Assembly: GCA_965279375.1 (NCBI GenBank)
Contig: OZ257156.1
Coordinates: 2,144,001 to 2,208,000 of the forward strand
Direction: 5' to 3'
Length of the DNA: 64,000 nt
DNA from: Gemmatimonas sp.
Lineage (GTDB): Bacteria > Gemmatimonadota > Gemmatimonadetes > Gemmatimonadales > Gemmatimonadaceae
Shown here one piece after another: positions 9,483 to 19,592 of the stretch. Position 1 is the first letter of the stretch. Each line of letters begins with the position of its first letter. Both the position numbers and the translations under genes were made by a program. The notes under the pieces are model-generated. The model ran no database searches and was not told the DNA's origin. It worked only from the letters and a program-made list of their open reading frames with translations.

Positions 9483-11560
9483 CTGGCGGCGGGGGCAGGA
9501 AGACGATACGCGATGTATTCCCCCGAGTACGGGCCGCCGCTCACCGCCACGACGATGTACTGGCGTCCGGCGAGCGTGTACGTCATCGGGGAACCGCTTT
9601 GCGGCGCGGGCATTGGCACGGTGCCGACTTCCTTGCCCGTCGCCTTGTCGTACGCACGCAGCATCGCGCCACGCGGGCGCGGTGCGACGGTCGTCACTTC
9701 AGGATCGCCCGCAATGACGAGCGTCTTGGTGACGAGCGTGCCCACGTAGCCGGACTGTCCGGTACGCGGAATCGTCATCCCCTTGAGTGCCTCGTGATTA
9801 CGCACAGCGTCGGGCGTCTCGCCGTGCGGCACCTGCCACGCGAACTCACCGGTGTTGAGGTTGATCGCGGAGATGGTGCCGTAGGGCGGCTTGAGCAGCG
9901 GAAGTCCCTGCACGCCCAGTCCGGTCAAGCGCGGCGTCCCCGGAGGAGTCGGCGCCGTACCGCGCACGAACTCCATGTCCGACGCACCTGCCGCCGGCGC
10001 GATGAGCCCCAGCAGCGACGGGGAGTAGTTGGACGCCGACACGTAGAGCAGGTGCGACTCTGGATCGTACGACCCGCCCGCCCAGTTTGCGCCACCGTTG
10101 GTGGGACCCTGCGACAACGTCGCGAGTGGACCACCCGGCTTGCTCACGATCGGCGGCGTGAAGATGGGGCCCAGTTTGAAGCGCGCGGCAGTAGCGAGGC
10201 CCGCTTCCTTGAGCGCGGGGGTGAAATCGATGATGTCATCGAGCGAGATGCCGTTGCGCGAGAATGCTTTCGGCTTGCTCGGCATGGGCTGCGTCTTGGA
10301 GTACCACTCGCCGGGCACATCGCCGATCTCCACAGGCTTCTCTTCGATCGGCCACACGGGCTTGCCGGTGACGCGATCGAATACGTACAGGATGCCCTGC
10401 TTGGTGGGCACCGCGACGGCCTTGATCGGCTTGCCGTCAACGTCGATGTCCGCGAGGATCGGCGCCGACGCGAGATCGAAATCCCAGATGGGATGATGCA
10501 CCAGTTGGAAGTGCCACTTCTTCACACCGGTTTGCAGATCGACACAGACGATGCTTTCGCCGTAGAGGTTGTCGCCCGGCCGACGGCCGCCGTAGTAGTC
10601 GCCAGTCGGCGACTCGATCGGCAGGTAGACGAGGCCCAACTCCTCATCGGCGGTGATCTGCGTCCAGACGCCGGTGTTGCCTGCAGCGTCGGCCGAGTTG
10701 TTGAGCCACGTTTCGTATCCCGGCTCACCCTTGCGCGGGATCGTGTGGAAGGTCCACAGCTTCTTGCCCGTGCGCACATCGAATCCGCGGATGTCGCCCT
10801 TGTTGTTGCGATACGACTTGGGCGCACCACCCTCGCGGAAGGCCGCGCCCACGATGACCACATTGCGCGCGACGATCGGCGCGCCCTGATAGCCGATCTC
10901 GCCCGTCACCAGATCCGGCAGCACCGGCGTGTCCATGTTCGCCTTGAGATCGACGGCGCCACTGTCACCAAAACTCAATATGCGCGCGCCACTCTTTGCA
11001 TCGAGCGCCACGAGCCGATAGCCAGGCGTCGTATAGATGATTCGCCCCTGCTTGCCGTCGGTCCAGTACGCCAGACCGCGACCGGACAACGGTCGAGGAG
11101 CAGCGGCGCCACGCTCCCCTTCGTTCTCGCTGTGGACCCAGAGCAACTCACCCGTGGCCGCGTCGAGCGCAACGACGGCACGACGCGTACCCGCGGTGGC
11201 ATACAGATCACCTCCCACCATGAGCGGCGTTCCTTCGAGCTTGAACTCAGGACGTGGGCCGAGTGCATCGGTCTTGAAGCGCCACGCGACTTCGAGCGTG
11301 CTGAAGTTCTGTGCCGATATCTGTTCGAATGGCGCGTAGCGCGTGCCGCGTGTGTCCCCGGTGTGACTCGGCCACTCGCCGGCCGCCGTGGTGAAGGGGC
11401 GAACTGGCGCGGAGGGTGGCGCAGCTTTCGCGCGTTGCGCCGACAGTGTGGACGATGGGGCCACCGCGGCACCGCACGCGAGCAGCAGATGTAGCGCTTG
11501 GCGACCATGACGGCGCGCGTTGGATACGCGCACCGATTGGTGTGACGTCACTGCAATCAT
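9479..11560 (-). CDS. PQQ-dependent (quinoprotein glucose dehydrogenase-like) dehydrogenase
   Basis: EGTPL, repeated ALDA.TG..LW propeller motifs, WHFQLVHHPIWDFD, GGANW, KPPYG; start at TGATG overlap 11560. Confidence 0.9.
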   Translation of the reverse strand: MIAVTSHQSVRVSNARRHGRQALHLLLACGAAVAPSSTLSAQRAKAAPPSAPVRPFTTAAGEWPSHTGDTRGTRYAPFEQISAQNFSTLEVAWRFKTDALGPRPEFKLEGTPLMVGGDLYATAGTRRAVVALDAATGELLWVHSENEGERGAAAPRPLSGRGLAYWTDGKQGRIIYTTPGYRLVALDAKSGARILSFGDSGAVDLKANMDTPVLPDLVTGEIGYQGAPIVARNVVIVGAAFREGGAPKSYRNNKGDIRGFDVRTGKKLWTFHTIPRKGEPGYETWLNNSADAAGNTGVWTQITADEELGLVYLPIESPTGDYYGGRRPGDNLYGESIVCVDLQTGVKKWHFQLVHHPIWDFDLASAPILADIDVDGKPIKAVAVPTKQGILYVFDRVTGKPVWPIEEKPVEIGDVPGEWYSKTQPMPSKPKAFSRNGISLDDIIDFTPALKEAGLATAARFKLGPIFTPPIVSKPGGPLATLSQGPTNGGANWAGGSYDPESHLLYVSASNYSPSLLGLIAPAAGASDMEFVRGTAPTPPGTPRLTGLGVQGLPLLKPPYGTISAINLNTGEFAWQVPHGETPDAVRNHEALKGMTIPRTGQSGYVGTLVTKTLVIAGDPEVTTVAPRPRGAMLRAYDKATGKEVGTVPMPAPQSGSPMTYTLAGRQYIVVAVSGGPYSGEYIAYRLPAPAAR

Positions 11561-13083
11561 CACTGCGGGACCACCTTGCGAGCGGCTTTCGCCTTGCGTT
11601 CTGCGACCATCTTTTCGAATTCGTCCTGTTCGAGGTAAGTGACGTCGATCCAATTGTGTGCCATCTCATCCACCGTGCGATCGCCCCAGCCCACCCACTG
11701 CGACGCATCAGGATTGAGAGGATTGGCGGTGGTGTTGTCGTGCCACGCGGTGAACACCAGCGTCGTTCCCTTGGGCATCAGTGGGGCGACGCTGTCCGCA
11801 TAGACATAGTTGATGTGCCAGTTCCACTGGAAGTTGCTGACCTGGCTGATGATTTCCTTTTTGCCGTCTGGATAGATCGCCTCGAGCGACATCGCCTTGC
11901 CGCGCATGTGCATATGCGGCTGGAAATTCTCGAGCCGTCCCGGCGCCTGCAGCACGTAGATGTTTTGTGTGATCGTCTTCTCGTTGGGCGGGATGTCCAG
12001 ATCGGAGCCACGCGCCACGTTGAACATCGTCAGTACGGTCCGATGCTTGGGCACATAGCCCTTCGGATACAAGTAGACGGCCATCTCCACCTGACTGTCC
12101 TTGTACTCCTCGCCGTTCGCGTGCATGTGCACTTCCCAGCGAATGCGCGAGCCGGGGAGCATCAACTTGCCTGCGTCGTCGTTGAAGATCTGTCCTGTCT
12201 TGCCCACCGCCCATTCCATGAACAGGCCGGCGTTGGACTGATGATCGTGCGCCGAGCTGGCCAATCCCGTCACCCCCTTTTCGTCCTGCAGCAGGTAGGC
12301 GAGCACATGGTGCACGATCTTCCGATCGCCGTCTCTCGCCGGCTTGACTTCGATCGCACGCACCCAGCGCGGCTCGGTGAGCCCCGTTTCCACCACGGGA
12401 CGGAACCACTTGTCCTGCGTGTGCGCGGCGAGCGTATACGGCTTGGACTTGATGATGAGGTCCGGCTGCTGCCCGATCTTCTCGGCGATCTGCCAACGGT
12501 TCGGGTCGGGGAACTTCATCGCGGGTGGCATGTCCTTGGGGTCGCCGAGCGGCGTGCCACCGTCCACCCAATTCACGATCGTCGCGATCTGCGCCTCGCT
12601 CAGGCTGCGATCGTTCTTGAACAGCTGAATGCCCACCGTCTTGTCGATGTGCCACGGCGGCATGAGGCGCTGCGAGACCTTCGCGCGAATCTCGTCGGCG
12701 TATTCCTTCGCCTGCTCGTACGTGAGCAGCGACATCGGCGCGATCGATCCGGGCTGGTGGCACTGCTGACAGTTCTGCTGCAGGATCGGCGCGATGTCCT
12801 TTGTGTACGTGACGGCGCGTGGCGCGACCTTGCCCGGTGCGTTTGGCGACGCGACTGTGCCCGCTTTCGCAGGCGACGTGGGTGCCGCTGTGCGTGCATA
12901 CATGCGCGTGTGCACTGGCGTCTGCGACGGCGTCTGTGCCAGCAGCGCACTACTCACCGACATGGATACCACCGCGCCAAGCAGCGTGTGCATGCGTGCA
13001 CGTGACGCGGAGATCGAACGGCGATTGCTCGGGCGATTGCTCAGGCGATTGTTCATCAGATGCCTCGGCATGCGGAAGGTCAT
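11560..13083 (-). CDS. Cytochrome c fused to Cu type II (PHM/DBH-like) monooxygenase-like domains
   Basis: CQQCH and MPPW heme domain; HH, HMH, PHMHMRG and DEM copper-ligand pattern; ATGA overlap at 13080-13083. Confidence 0.75.
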   Translation of the reverse strand: MTFRMPRHLMNNRLSNRPSNRRSISASRARMHTLLGAVVSMSVSSALLAQTPSQTPVHTRMYARTAAPTSPAKAGTVASPNAPGKVAPRAVTYTKDIAPILQQNCQQCHQPGSIAPMSLLTYEQAKEYADEIRAKVSQRLMPPWHIDKTVGIQLFKNDRSLSEAQIATIVNWVDGGTPLGDPKDMPPAMKFPDPNRWQIAEKIGQQPDLIIKSKPYTLAAHTQDKWFRPVVETGLTEPRWVRAIEVKPARDGDRKIVHHVLAYLLQDEKGVTGLASSAHDHQSNAGLFMEWAVGKTGQIFNDDAGKLMLPGSRIRWEVHMHANGEEYKDSQVEMAVYLYPKGYVPKHRTVLTMFNVARGSDLDIPPNEKTITQNIYVLQAPGRLENFQPHMHMRGKAMSLEAIYPDGKKEIISQVSNFQWNWHINYVYADSVAPLMPKGTTLVFTAWHDNTTANPLNPDASQWVGWGDRTVDEMAHNWIDVTYLEQDEFEKMVAERKAKAARKVVPQ

Positions 13084-13916
13084 GGGGTCACCGTCACGCG
13101 CAGAAATCCATTGGTCCAGCAGCACTGCGAATGTCCCGCACTCACGACTGGTGAGTCGTTGGCACGTACACGCAGCAGATACTCGCCCGGCTTGCTGAAG
13201 GTTGCCGTCACATTCCCCGTGCCGCCGGTTGCGGTGAGCCGTGTCGTTGGTGGTGTGAACGTCACGACTCCGGGGCCCTGGTGCTGAAACCACGTGAGAT
13301 CCACCGGCGTCGCGGCGCGCGCAACTGGCTCGGCTTTTCCGTCGTCTTTCACGAACACCGACACGCTGAGTGGTGCGCCGACGGCCACACGCATTGGCCC
13401 TGCGGTGACGCCGAGCGGACCTTGTCCGGCTGCGCCGTCGGCGGTGAAGCGTACCTCGGGCGGCGTGTTGTCGGCCGACGCTTCACCTTCGATGGCATCG
13501 ATCTGCCAGTCAGGGTGCAGACTGCCGGGGACGGCATAGACCTGACCGCCGACCTTGATCGACCACGTGACTTTCTGCTTGCCGAAATCCGCTGGCACAA
13601 CGACGGCGAATACGCCCCAATGCCGTCGTGGGTTAAAGTGCGTCGGTTGCCCCTGATTCGGTTTGCCGGGCGCTACGAAGTTTTCCGCGCCGACCGGCAC
13701 GTCCACGACTTCGGTCGTGTTGCGATTGAGATAGCCGAACGACAGGCTGTACGTGCCATCGTGATTGCGATACCAGCCTTCGTAGACCGGTGTGACCGAT
13801 TGGCCAGCCGGACTGAGTGGCGCGAGTGAGCGTTGTGCGGTGGCCGCCTGCGGCACCGCCAGTGCGGCGACGCAGAGCGGAACGAGCAGGAGGAGTGGGG
13901 CGAGCGTGCGGCGCAT
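13080..13916 (-). CDS. Secreted hypothetical protein with C-terminal Ig/PKD-like domain
   Basis: Signal peptide, PVYEGWY..SFGYLNRN, ATFSKPGEYLLRVRAND, QCCWTN. Confidence 0.7.
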   Translation of the reverse strand: MRRTLAPLLLLVPLCVAALAVPQAATAQRSLAPLSPAGQSVTPVYEGWYRNHDGTYSLSFGYLNRNTTEVVDVPVGAENFVAPGKPNQGQPTHFNPRRHWGVFAVVVPADFGKQKVTWSIKVGGQVYAVPGSLHPDWQIDAIEGEASADNTPPEVRFTADGAAGQGPLGVTAGPMRVAVGAPLSVSVFVKDDGKAEPVARAATPVDLTWFQHQGPGVVTFTPPTTRLTATGGTGNVTATFSKPGEYLLRVRANDSPVVSAGHSQCCWTNGFLRVTVTP

Positions 13917-14034
13917 GCAGTCTCAGCCTGGGTGGGAGGTGGGTCGCCCCAATTACGGACGTATCGGCGCGGGCCGCAAGCGCACTGGGGACCCCGGGGT
14001 ATCGCGCTCGACACAAGCGCACCACTTTCTGCGC

Positions 14035-16350
14035 ATGACTGCACGCCTCTCCTTCACGTTCGCTGCCGCACTGGCCCTCGCTCTCCCCCTCGCCTCCCTG
14101 CGCGCGCAATCCAACACCGTGATCGCCGGTCCGGCGGCTCCGGTGGCCCCGGCGGTGATCACCCGCGATTCCGCGCAGCACGCCACGGTTCGCGCCATCA
14201 AGCTTTCCGCGCCGCTCACGCTCGACGGCGTGCTCGACGAGGTGGTGTACACCAAGGAAGTGCCGTTCGGCGGACTGATTCAGGTGGCACCCAATGCCGG
14301 TGCACCGGCGACCGAGCGCAGCGACATCTGGATCACGTATGATGATCGCAACATTTACCTGTCCTGTCGCTGCTACGACGCGTCGCCGTCCGCCGAATGG
14401 ATCGTGAATGAACTGCGCCGCGACACCGGTGGCCTGCGCAACAACGAACACATCGGCGTCCTGTTCGACACGTTCTACGATCGCCGCAGTGGCTTTGCCT
14501 TCTACACCAATCCGCTTGGCGCGCGCGCCGATTACTCCATTGTCGATGAAGGCCAGTCCAACACCGATTGGAATCCGGTGTGGACGTCCAAGACCGGTCG
14601 CTTCGATGGCGGCTGGACCGTCGAGATGGCCATTCCCTTCAAGTCGCTGCGCTATCGCGCAGGCACGGATCAAGTGTGGGGGATGCAGATCCGTCGCTCG
14701 GTGCGACACAAGAATGAGTGGGACTATCTCACGCCGGTGCCGCGCATCCTGGCGGGTCCGCAGGCGCTCAACCGCGTGTCGGCAGGTGGCACGCTGGTTG
14801 GACTCGATCTCCCCGAGACAGGCAAGAACATCGAGATCAAGCCATACGTCGTGGCGCGAACAACGACGGACCGTGTGCGCACGCCCAAGATCAGCAACGA
14901 TGTCGGCAGCGAGATCGGCGGCGATATCAAGTACGCCGTCACGCCCAATCTCACGGCAGACCTCACGGTCAATACGGATTTCGCGCAGGTGGAGGCCGAT
15001 GAGCAACAGGTCAACCTGACGCGATTCAATCTGTTCTTTCCCGAGAAGCGCGAATTCTTTCTCGAGGGGCGCGGCATCTTTGATTTTGCGCGCGGCGGCA
15101 ATGGCGCGTTTGGCGGAAACGGCGGCGCCGACACGCCGCAGCTGTTCTATACGCGACGCATCGGGCTCGACAACGGTGGCGTCGTGCCGATCAACGTGGG
15201 CGGCCGACTCACCGGCAAGCTGGGCAAGTACGCGCTCGGTCTGATGAACATCGGCACGTCGGGCGACCCGGCATTCAAGGCCGAGCCGACCAACTTCACC
15301 GTGCTGCGTGTGAAGCGTGATGTGCTGCAGCGCAGCTCGGTCGGCGCGATGTATACCAACCGATCGGTCGGCGCATCGGGCACCGGTTCCAACGCCGTGT
15401 ACGGCCTCGACGGGGCGTTCCTGCTCACACAGGCGTTGACCGCCGGCGTGTACTGGGCGCAGAGTCAAACCACGCGCGTCGCTGGAGAGAATCAGAGCTA
15501 TCAGGGGCGGCTCGACTACAGCGTCGACAAGTACGGCGCGAAGGCGGAGTATCTCTCGGTGGGCCGCAACTTCGATCCGCAGGTCGGCTTCCGTCGCCGC
15601 TTCGACATCGGTCGGTCGTTCGGCGAGCTGCGCTTCTCGCCCCGCCCAGCGAATCAGACGATCGTGCGGAAGTTCACGGGCACCGCGTCGGGCGAGTACG
15701 TCGAGAACGGTCTGGGCATCGTGGAAACGCGCATCTGGCGCGGGCACTTCGACACCGAGTTCGCGAGCAGTGACGTGGTGGGCTTTGACGTGACGCGAAA
15801 CTACGAGTTCCTGCGCCAGCCGTTCACGCCCTCGGGTGCATCGGTGCCCATCGCGCCGGGCGGCTATGGCTTCTCGGATGTAGCCCTTTCGTATTCCTTC
15901 GGCGCGCAGCGGCGAGCGTCGGGCACCGTCCGCGTGCAAGCCGGCCAGTTCTACGACGGCACGATCCGCAGCATCACCATCGGGCCGAGCACCACCGGTT
16001 CGTCAGCCCGTATCGCCATCATGAAGCGGCTCGCCGTCGAGCCCACGTTTTCGATCACGCGTGTTGAGCGACCCAACTCGTCGTTTACCACTCGGCTTGC
16101 CCGGGCACGTGTGGACTACGGGTTCACACCGCTGATGTTTGCGAGTGGGCTCGTGCAATGGAACTCGGCCGACCGTGCGTTCAGCACGAACCTGCGTTTT
16201 CGCTGGGAGTATGCGCCGGGCAGCGAAGTCTTTCTCGTGTACACCGACGAGCGCGACATCCGCGACGATCGCTATGCGACGCCGACCACCGTGCGCGGCC
16301 TCAAGAATCGCGCATTGGTGGTGAAGTTCAATCGGCTGTTCAGATATTGA
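14035..16350 (+). CDS. CBM9-like + DUF5916 outer-membrane protein
   Basis: LDGVLDE, FDTFYD, DLTVNTDFAQVEAD..VNLTRF.LFFPEKREFFLEG, LFYTRRIG; aromatic C-terminus. Confidence 0.85.
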   Translation: MTARLSFTFAAALALALPLASLRAQSNTVIAGPAAPVAPAVITRDSAQHATVRAIKLSAPLTLDGVLDEVVYTKEVPFGGLIQVAPNAGAPATERSDIWITYDDRNIYLSCRCYDASPSAEWIVNELRRDTGGLRNNEHIGVLFDTFYDRRSGFAFYTNPLGARADYSIVDEGQSNTDWNPVWTSKTGRFDGGWTVEMAIPFKSLRYRAGTDQVWGMQIRRSVRHKNEWDYLTPVPRILAGPQALNRVSAGGTLVGLDLPETGKNIEIKPYVVARTTTDRVRTPKISNDVGSEIGGDIKYAVTPNLTADLTVNTDFAQVEADEQQVNLTRFNLFFPEKREFFLEGRGIFDFARGGNGAFGGNGGADTPQLFYTRRIGLDNGGVVPINVGGRLTGKLGKYALGLMNIGTSGDPAFKAEPTNFTVLRVKRDVLQRSSVGAMYTNRSVGASGTGSNAVYGLDGAFLLTQALTAGVYWAQSQTTRVAGENQSYQGRLDYSVDKYGAKAEYLSVGRNFDPQVGFRRRFDIGRSFGELRFSPRPANQTIVRKFTGTASGEYVENGLGIVETRIWRGHFDTEFASSDVVGFDVTRNYEFLRQPFTPSGASVPIAPGGYGFSDVALSYSFGAQRRASGTVRVQAGQFYDGTIRSITIGPSTTGSSARIAIMKRLAVEPTFSITRVERPNSSFTTRLARARVDYGFTPLMFASGLVQWNSADRAFSTNLRFRWEYAPGSEVFLVYTDERDIRDDRYATPTTVRGLKNRALVVKFNRLFRY

Positions 16351-16663
16351 GAAATTCTCGATCCAAGAGTACATGACCGCACAAACAGTCCGTCTCAAAG
16401 TGGCCATCGACGAGCGATGTCGCATCGTCACCGATGGCTATCGAACAAGCGCAGATAGAACGCTCGATACCACAGTAATTTCTGGTTAATCTGGATCCTG
16501 TCCGTTGCATTTTCGGCAATCCCTCACGCGTAGGTGCTGAGCACCTCGCGTCGTTTGACAAGTCCGATGCATGGCGACACCGTACCACCTGTCGCCGCGT
16601 GAGCATTGCTGAGGCAGTTGTACCGGCGCACGTACTCCATGAACCATCGCGCCTGCGCCAACG

Positions 16664-19417
16664 ATGCCCGGTCCATTTCGTCTTCGTGTGTTCGGTGGCA
16701 TGCAGCTGCTCGCGCCACTCGCCCCCACAGACGATGAGCTGACACGCGCCGAGCTGCTCGAGAATCGGCGACGGGTGCTCGCTGTGCTGACGCTCCTCGC
16801 CCTGTCGCCGCGTCCGCTCACCCGCGACCAGCTGGCTGACCACTTCTGGCGCGACAGCGAACCGGCCCGCGCTCGGCATTCGGTGACCGAGTCGTTGCGC
16901 ATGCTGCGGCGCGTGCTGGGGGAAGACGCGGTTGCATCGCGAGCGGCGCACCTGTCGCTCGATCCAGACGTCCCGCTCGAGTCGGACGTCGCGCAATTTC
17001 TCGCAGCACACGCCGCCGCAGACCACGCGACCGCGGTGTCCCTCTACACCGGCGATTTCCTCGACGGGATCTACGTCGAGCGCGCCCCCCGCTTTGATGA
17101 GTGGGTGGACCGGCAGCGTCAGTCGCTGCGCGACGCGTTCGTTGCATCATGCGCAGCCGAGTGCGGTCGCCTCGCCGGCGAGGGCGCGCACGCAGAGGCC
17201 GCACCTATCGCTCGGCGATGGCTCGATGTGGCGCCGTTGTCCACCGAAGCCGCAGAGGCATGGTTTCGCGCATTGCTCGCGCCGGGCAGCAGCGAGGCAG
17301 TGCGCACGGCGCGCGAACGCTTCACGGCCTACGCCGCATCGCTCGAGGCGGAGTACGACACGCCCCCCGATCGGCGTCTGGTGCAGCTGTTCGACGACGC
17401 CGAGCAGGTACTCGCGTCTCGGTCCGCCGCAGTGCCGGAGCCAGTCAAACCGCGCGCCCTGGTGGAGCCGCCCACGGTGTCGGAACTCAGCACGGCCGAC
17501 GCACCTGTCGTCGGGGCGCCCGCCTCGAGTCGCACGACAGCTGACGACCGCGCCCAGTCGCCCGTTGCTGTCCCGCGTCGAAGCCGGATCGCGTTGGCCA
17601 TCCTGATGCTGCTCGTCGTGGCCCCAGTGGTCGCGTGGCGCTTCGGATTGTTTGGCTCAGGTCGCTCCGCGATCGCTGACTCGGACCAGGTCGCGTCGAT
17701 GGTCGTCGCCGACGCCGAGAACGCGAGCCCGGACTCGCTGTTGGGCTACATGGTGACGTTGGCCGTGACCACGGCGCTTCGGGAAGCAGATGCCGTACAG
17801 CCGCTGTCGGCAAGCCGGGTGCGCGAACTGCGGCGACTCACCACATCGCCCACGGATACGGCGGCACTGCGCGGACCGCTGACGGAGCCGATCGCCCGCA
17901 CGGTCGCTGTTCGCGCCGGCGCTGGCGCGGTCGCCATCCCTGTGATCGTCACGCTTGGCGACCAGTATCGTGTGGCGCTGCGCGTGGTGCGGACGAGCGA
18001 TGGTGCGACGGTCTCCAGCGCGCAGTCCGCGATCGTTGCGCCGGCTGGCCTGCTGAGCGCGATCGATGACGTGGTGCAGCGTACGCGACGACAACTGCCC
18101 GATCGTGGTCGCACGGCGGCACCGCGCGCACTTCCCGACTACACCACGGCATCCTTGGCGGCGTTGCGCCTCTACGCCCAAGGGGCACAGGCGTTCGACC
18201 GGAATGATCCGGTCAGTGCACTCGAGTATTACCGCCAGTCGGTCGCGACGGACTCCACCTTCGCGCTCGCCTGGACCGCGCTTGGTCGCGTGCTGTCGTT
18301 CGCCAATCGTCCCATGGCCGCCGACAGTGCGTTTGCGGCGGCTCTGCGGCACTCGGCCCATCTGACTGAGCGCGAGCGCATGATCGTGCGCGCCGCTGCG
18401 TTTCGCGCGCGCGGATTCGCCGACAGTGCCATCGCCGTCCGTGCAGCGTGGATCGCCGCGCACCCCGACGACGTGGAGCAGTTGCGCGTGCAGCTCTACG
18501 ATCTGATTTCGGCGTCGCGCAATGTCGAAGCAGTGGCGCTGGGTGAGGCGCTCGTTCGTCGGGATTCAACCAACGAGAACGTGCTGTACAATCTGGCACT
18601 GGCGTACCGGGCCGACGATCTGCCGACGCGTCGCCGGGCGGCCGAAACCTACGCGCGCGGTTTGCGCCTGGACCCGACGCATCGACGGAACCCGATGCTT
18701 CCGCAGCTGTTCGGCGGACTGCTGGCCCGCGCGCAGATGTACGACAGTGCGGCGCGGTTCCTTGAGTCATTCGGGCCAGAAGACCAGCGCGTGTACGGGC
18801 GCGCGATGCGGGCCTACGGACAGATGGAGCTGCTGCGGAATCAGCCTCGTGCGGCGATCGTCCCGTTTGAGCGCGCCATCTCGGCGGGACAGGCGATGCA
18901 CGACACCCTCACCTGGGTTCGCGCACGGCTGTGGCTGGCGAACACGCTGGCTGCCGCCGGGGAGAGCGACCGGGCTCGCGCGCACGCGGACACCCTCGCC
19001 AAGGAAGCCACCTGGTTGCACGAGCCCCCGATCCAGTACTGGATCGGGCTGCATCTGTCCCGGCTCGGCCGAGTGAACGACGCGCAGTCGGTGCTCAAGG
19101 CGCTGGAGCGCTCGATGGTCGCGACCTCGCGGGTGCATGCGGCCGACCAGGCCTTGCTCAAGGCTGAGATCGCCACAGCGCTCGGGCGGGCGACCTCTGT
19201 GTTGCCGACGCTGCAGGGCGCCATGCGGGGCGACAGCACCGCCATCAGCCTGGAAACCGTCGCGTGGGCGAGTCTGCAGTCCGGCGATTCGGCGACGGCC
19301 CGGACCTTGGCGCCCGCCATTTTGGGCGCCCGCGACTCCTTCGGCTTCGAAGGTTGGCTCGCGATGGAGCGGACGAAGGCGTGGTCTGCACGGCTGGGGA
19401 CTGAAACGCGGCGCTGA
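16664..19417 (+). CDS. Membrane-anchored SARP/BTAD-domain transcriptional regulator with extracytoplasmic TPR region
   Basis: TRDQLADHFW wHTH, DVAQF, LYTGDFLDG, FDEW (BTAD); TM segment IALAILMLLVVAPVVAW; TTASLAALRLY and DSTFALAW TPR repeats. Confidence 0.8.
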   Translation: MPGPFRLRVFGGMQLLAPLAPTDDELTRAELLENRRRVLAVLTLLALSPRPLTRDQLADHFWRDSEPARARHSVTESLRMLRRVLGEDAVASRAAHLSLDPDVPLESDVAQFLAAHAAADHATAVSLYTGDFLDGIYVERAPRFDEWVDRQRQSLRDAFVASCAAECGRLAGEGAHAEAAPIARRWLDVAPLSTEAAEAWFRALLAPGSSEAVRTARERFTAYAASLEAEYDTPPDRRLVQLFDDAEQVLASRSAAVPEPVKPRALVEPPTVSELSTADAPVVGAPASSRTTADDRAQSPVAVPRRSRIALAILMLLVVAPVVAWRFGLFGSGRSAIADSDQVASMVVADAENASPDSLLGYMVTLAVTTALREADAVQPLSASRVRELRRLTTSPTDTAALRGPLTEPIARTVAVRAGAGAVAIPVIVTLGDQYRVALRVVRTSDGATVSSAQSAIVAPAGLLSAIDDVVQRTRRQLPDRGRTAAPRALPDYTTASLAALRLYAQGAQAFDRNDPVSALEYYRQSVATDSTFALAWTALGRVLSFANRPMAADSAFAAALRHSAHLTERERMIVRAAAFRARGFADSAIAVRAAWIAAHPDDVEQLRVQLYDLISASRNVEAVALGEALVRRDSTNENVLYNLALAYRADDLPTRRRAAETYARGLRLDPTHRRNPMLPQLFGGLLARAQMYDSAARFLESFGPEDQRVYGRAMRAYGQMELLRNQPRAAIVPFERAISAGQAMHDTLTWVRARLWLANTLAAAGESDRARAHADTLAKEATWLHEPPIQYWIGLHLSRLGRVNDAQSVLKALERSMVATSRVHAADQALLKAEIATALGRATSVLPTLQGAMRGDSTAISLETVAWASLQSGDSATARTLAPAILGARDSFGFEGWLAMERTKAWSARLGTETRR

Positions 19418-19478
19418 TGCGCGCGCGCGGGGCTCAAGGGGAGCGTTTCCGGGCCGATTTCTGAGAGAGAGGCCCCGT

Positions 19479-19497
19479 TTGAGGACCACTTGAGGAC
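19479..19497 (+). promoter_or_regulatory. Direct repeat TTGAGGAC x2 with 11-bp period (candidate SARP-type site)
   Basis: TTGAGGAC at 19479 and 19490, upstream of the PEP-CTERM gene. Confidence 0.5.
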
Positions 19498-19592
19498 GGC
19501 GTGATGCGGTCGGCCGAAGATCCGCGCGTGAGTCGGCGTGTCTGGTCAACGAGCGCCAATCAGCGCCCACCAATACTCAAGGAGTTCCCCGA

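Noticed and set aside
13021..13054. 12-nt tandem repeat GCGATTGCTCRG x3
   Set aside because: Short, in-frame, degenerate repeat in an N-terminal leader (NRLS/NRPS/NRRS); no sign of phase variation.
9599..15939. Long antisense or alternate-frame ORFs (e.g. 9599-11494, 11416-13005, 13633-15939; also 34869-36140, 50531-51940)
   Set aside because: Shadow ORFs of well-supported genes in high-GC DNA, with Arg/Ala-rich motif-free translations.
16373..16489. 38-aa small ORF MTAQTVRLKVAIDERC... in an AT-richer spacer
   Set aside because: Weak RBS and no recognisable motif; not supportable without homologs or ribosome profiling.
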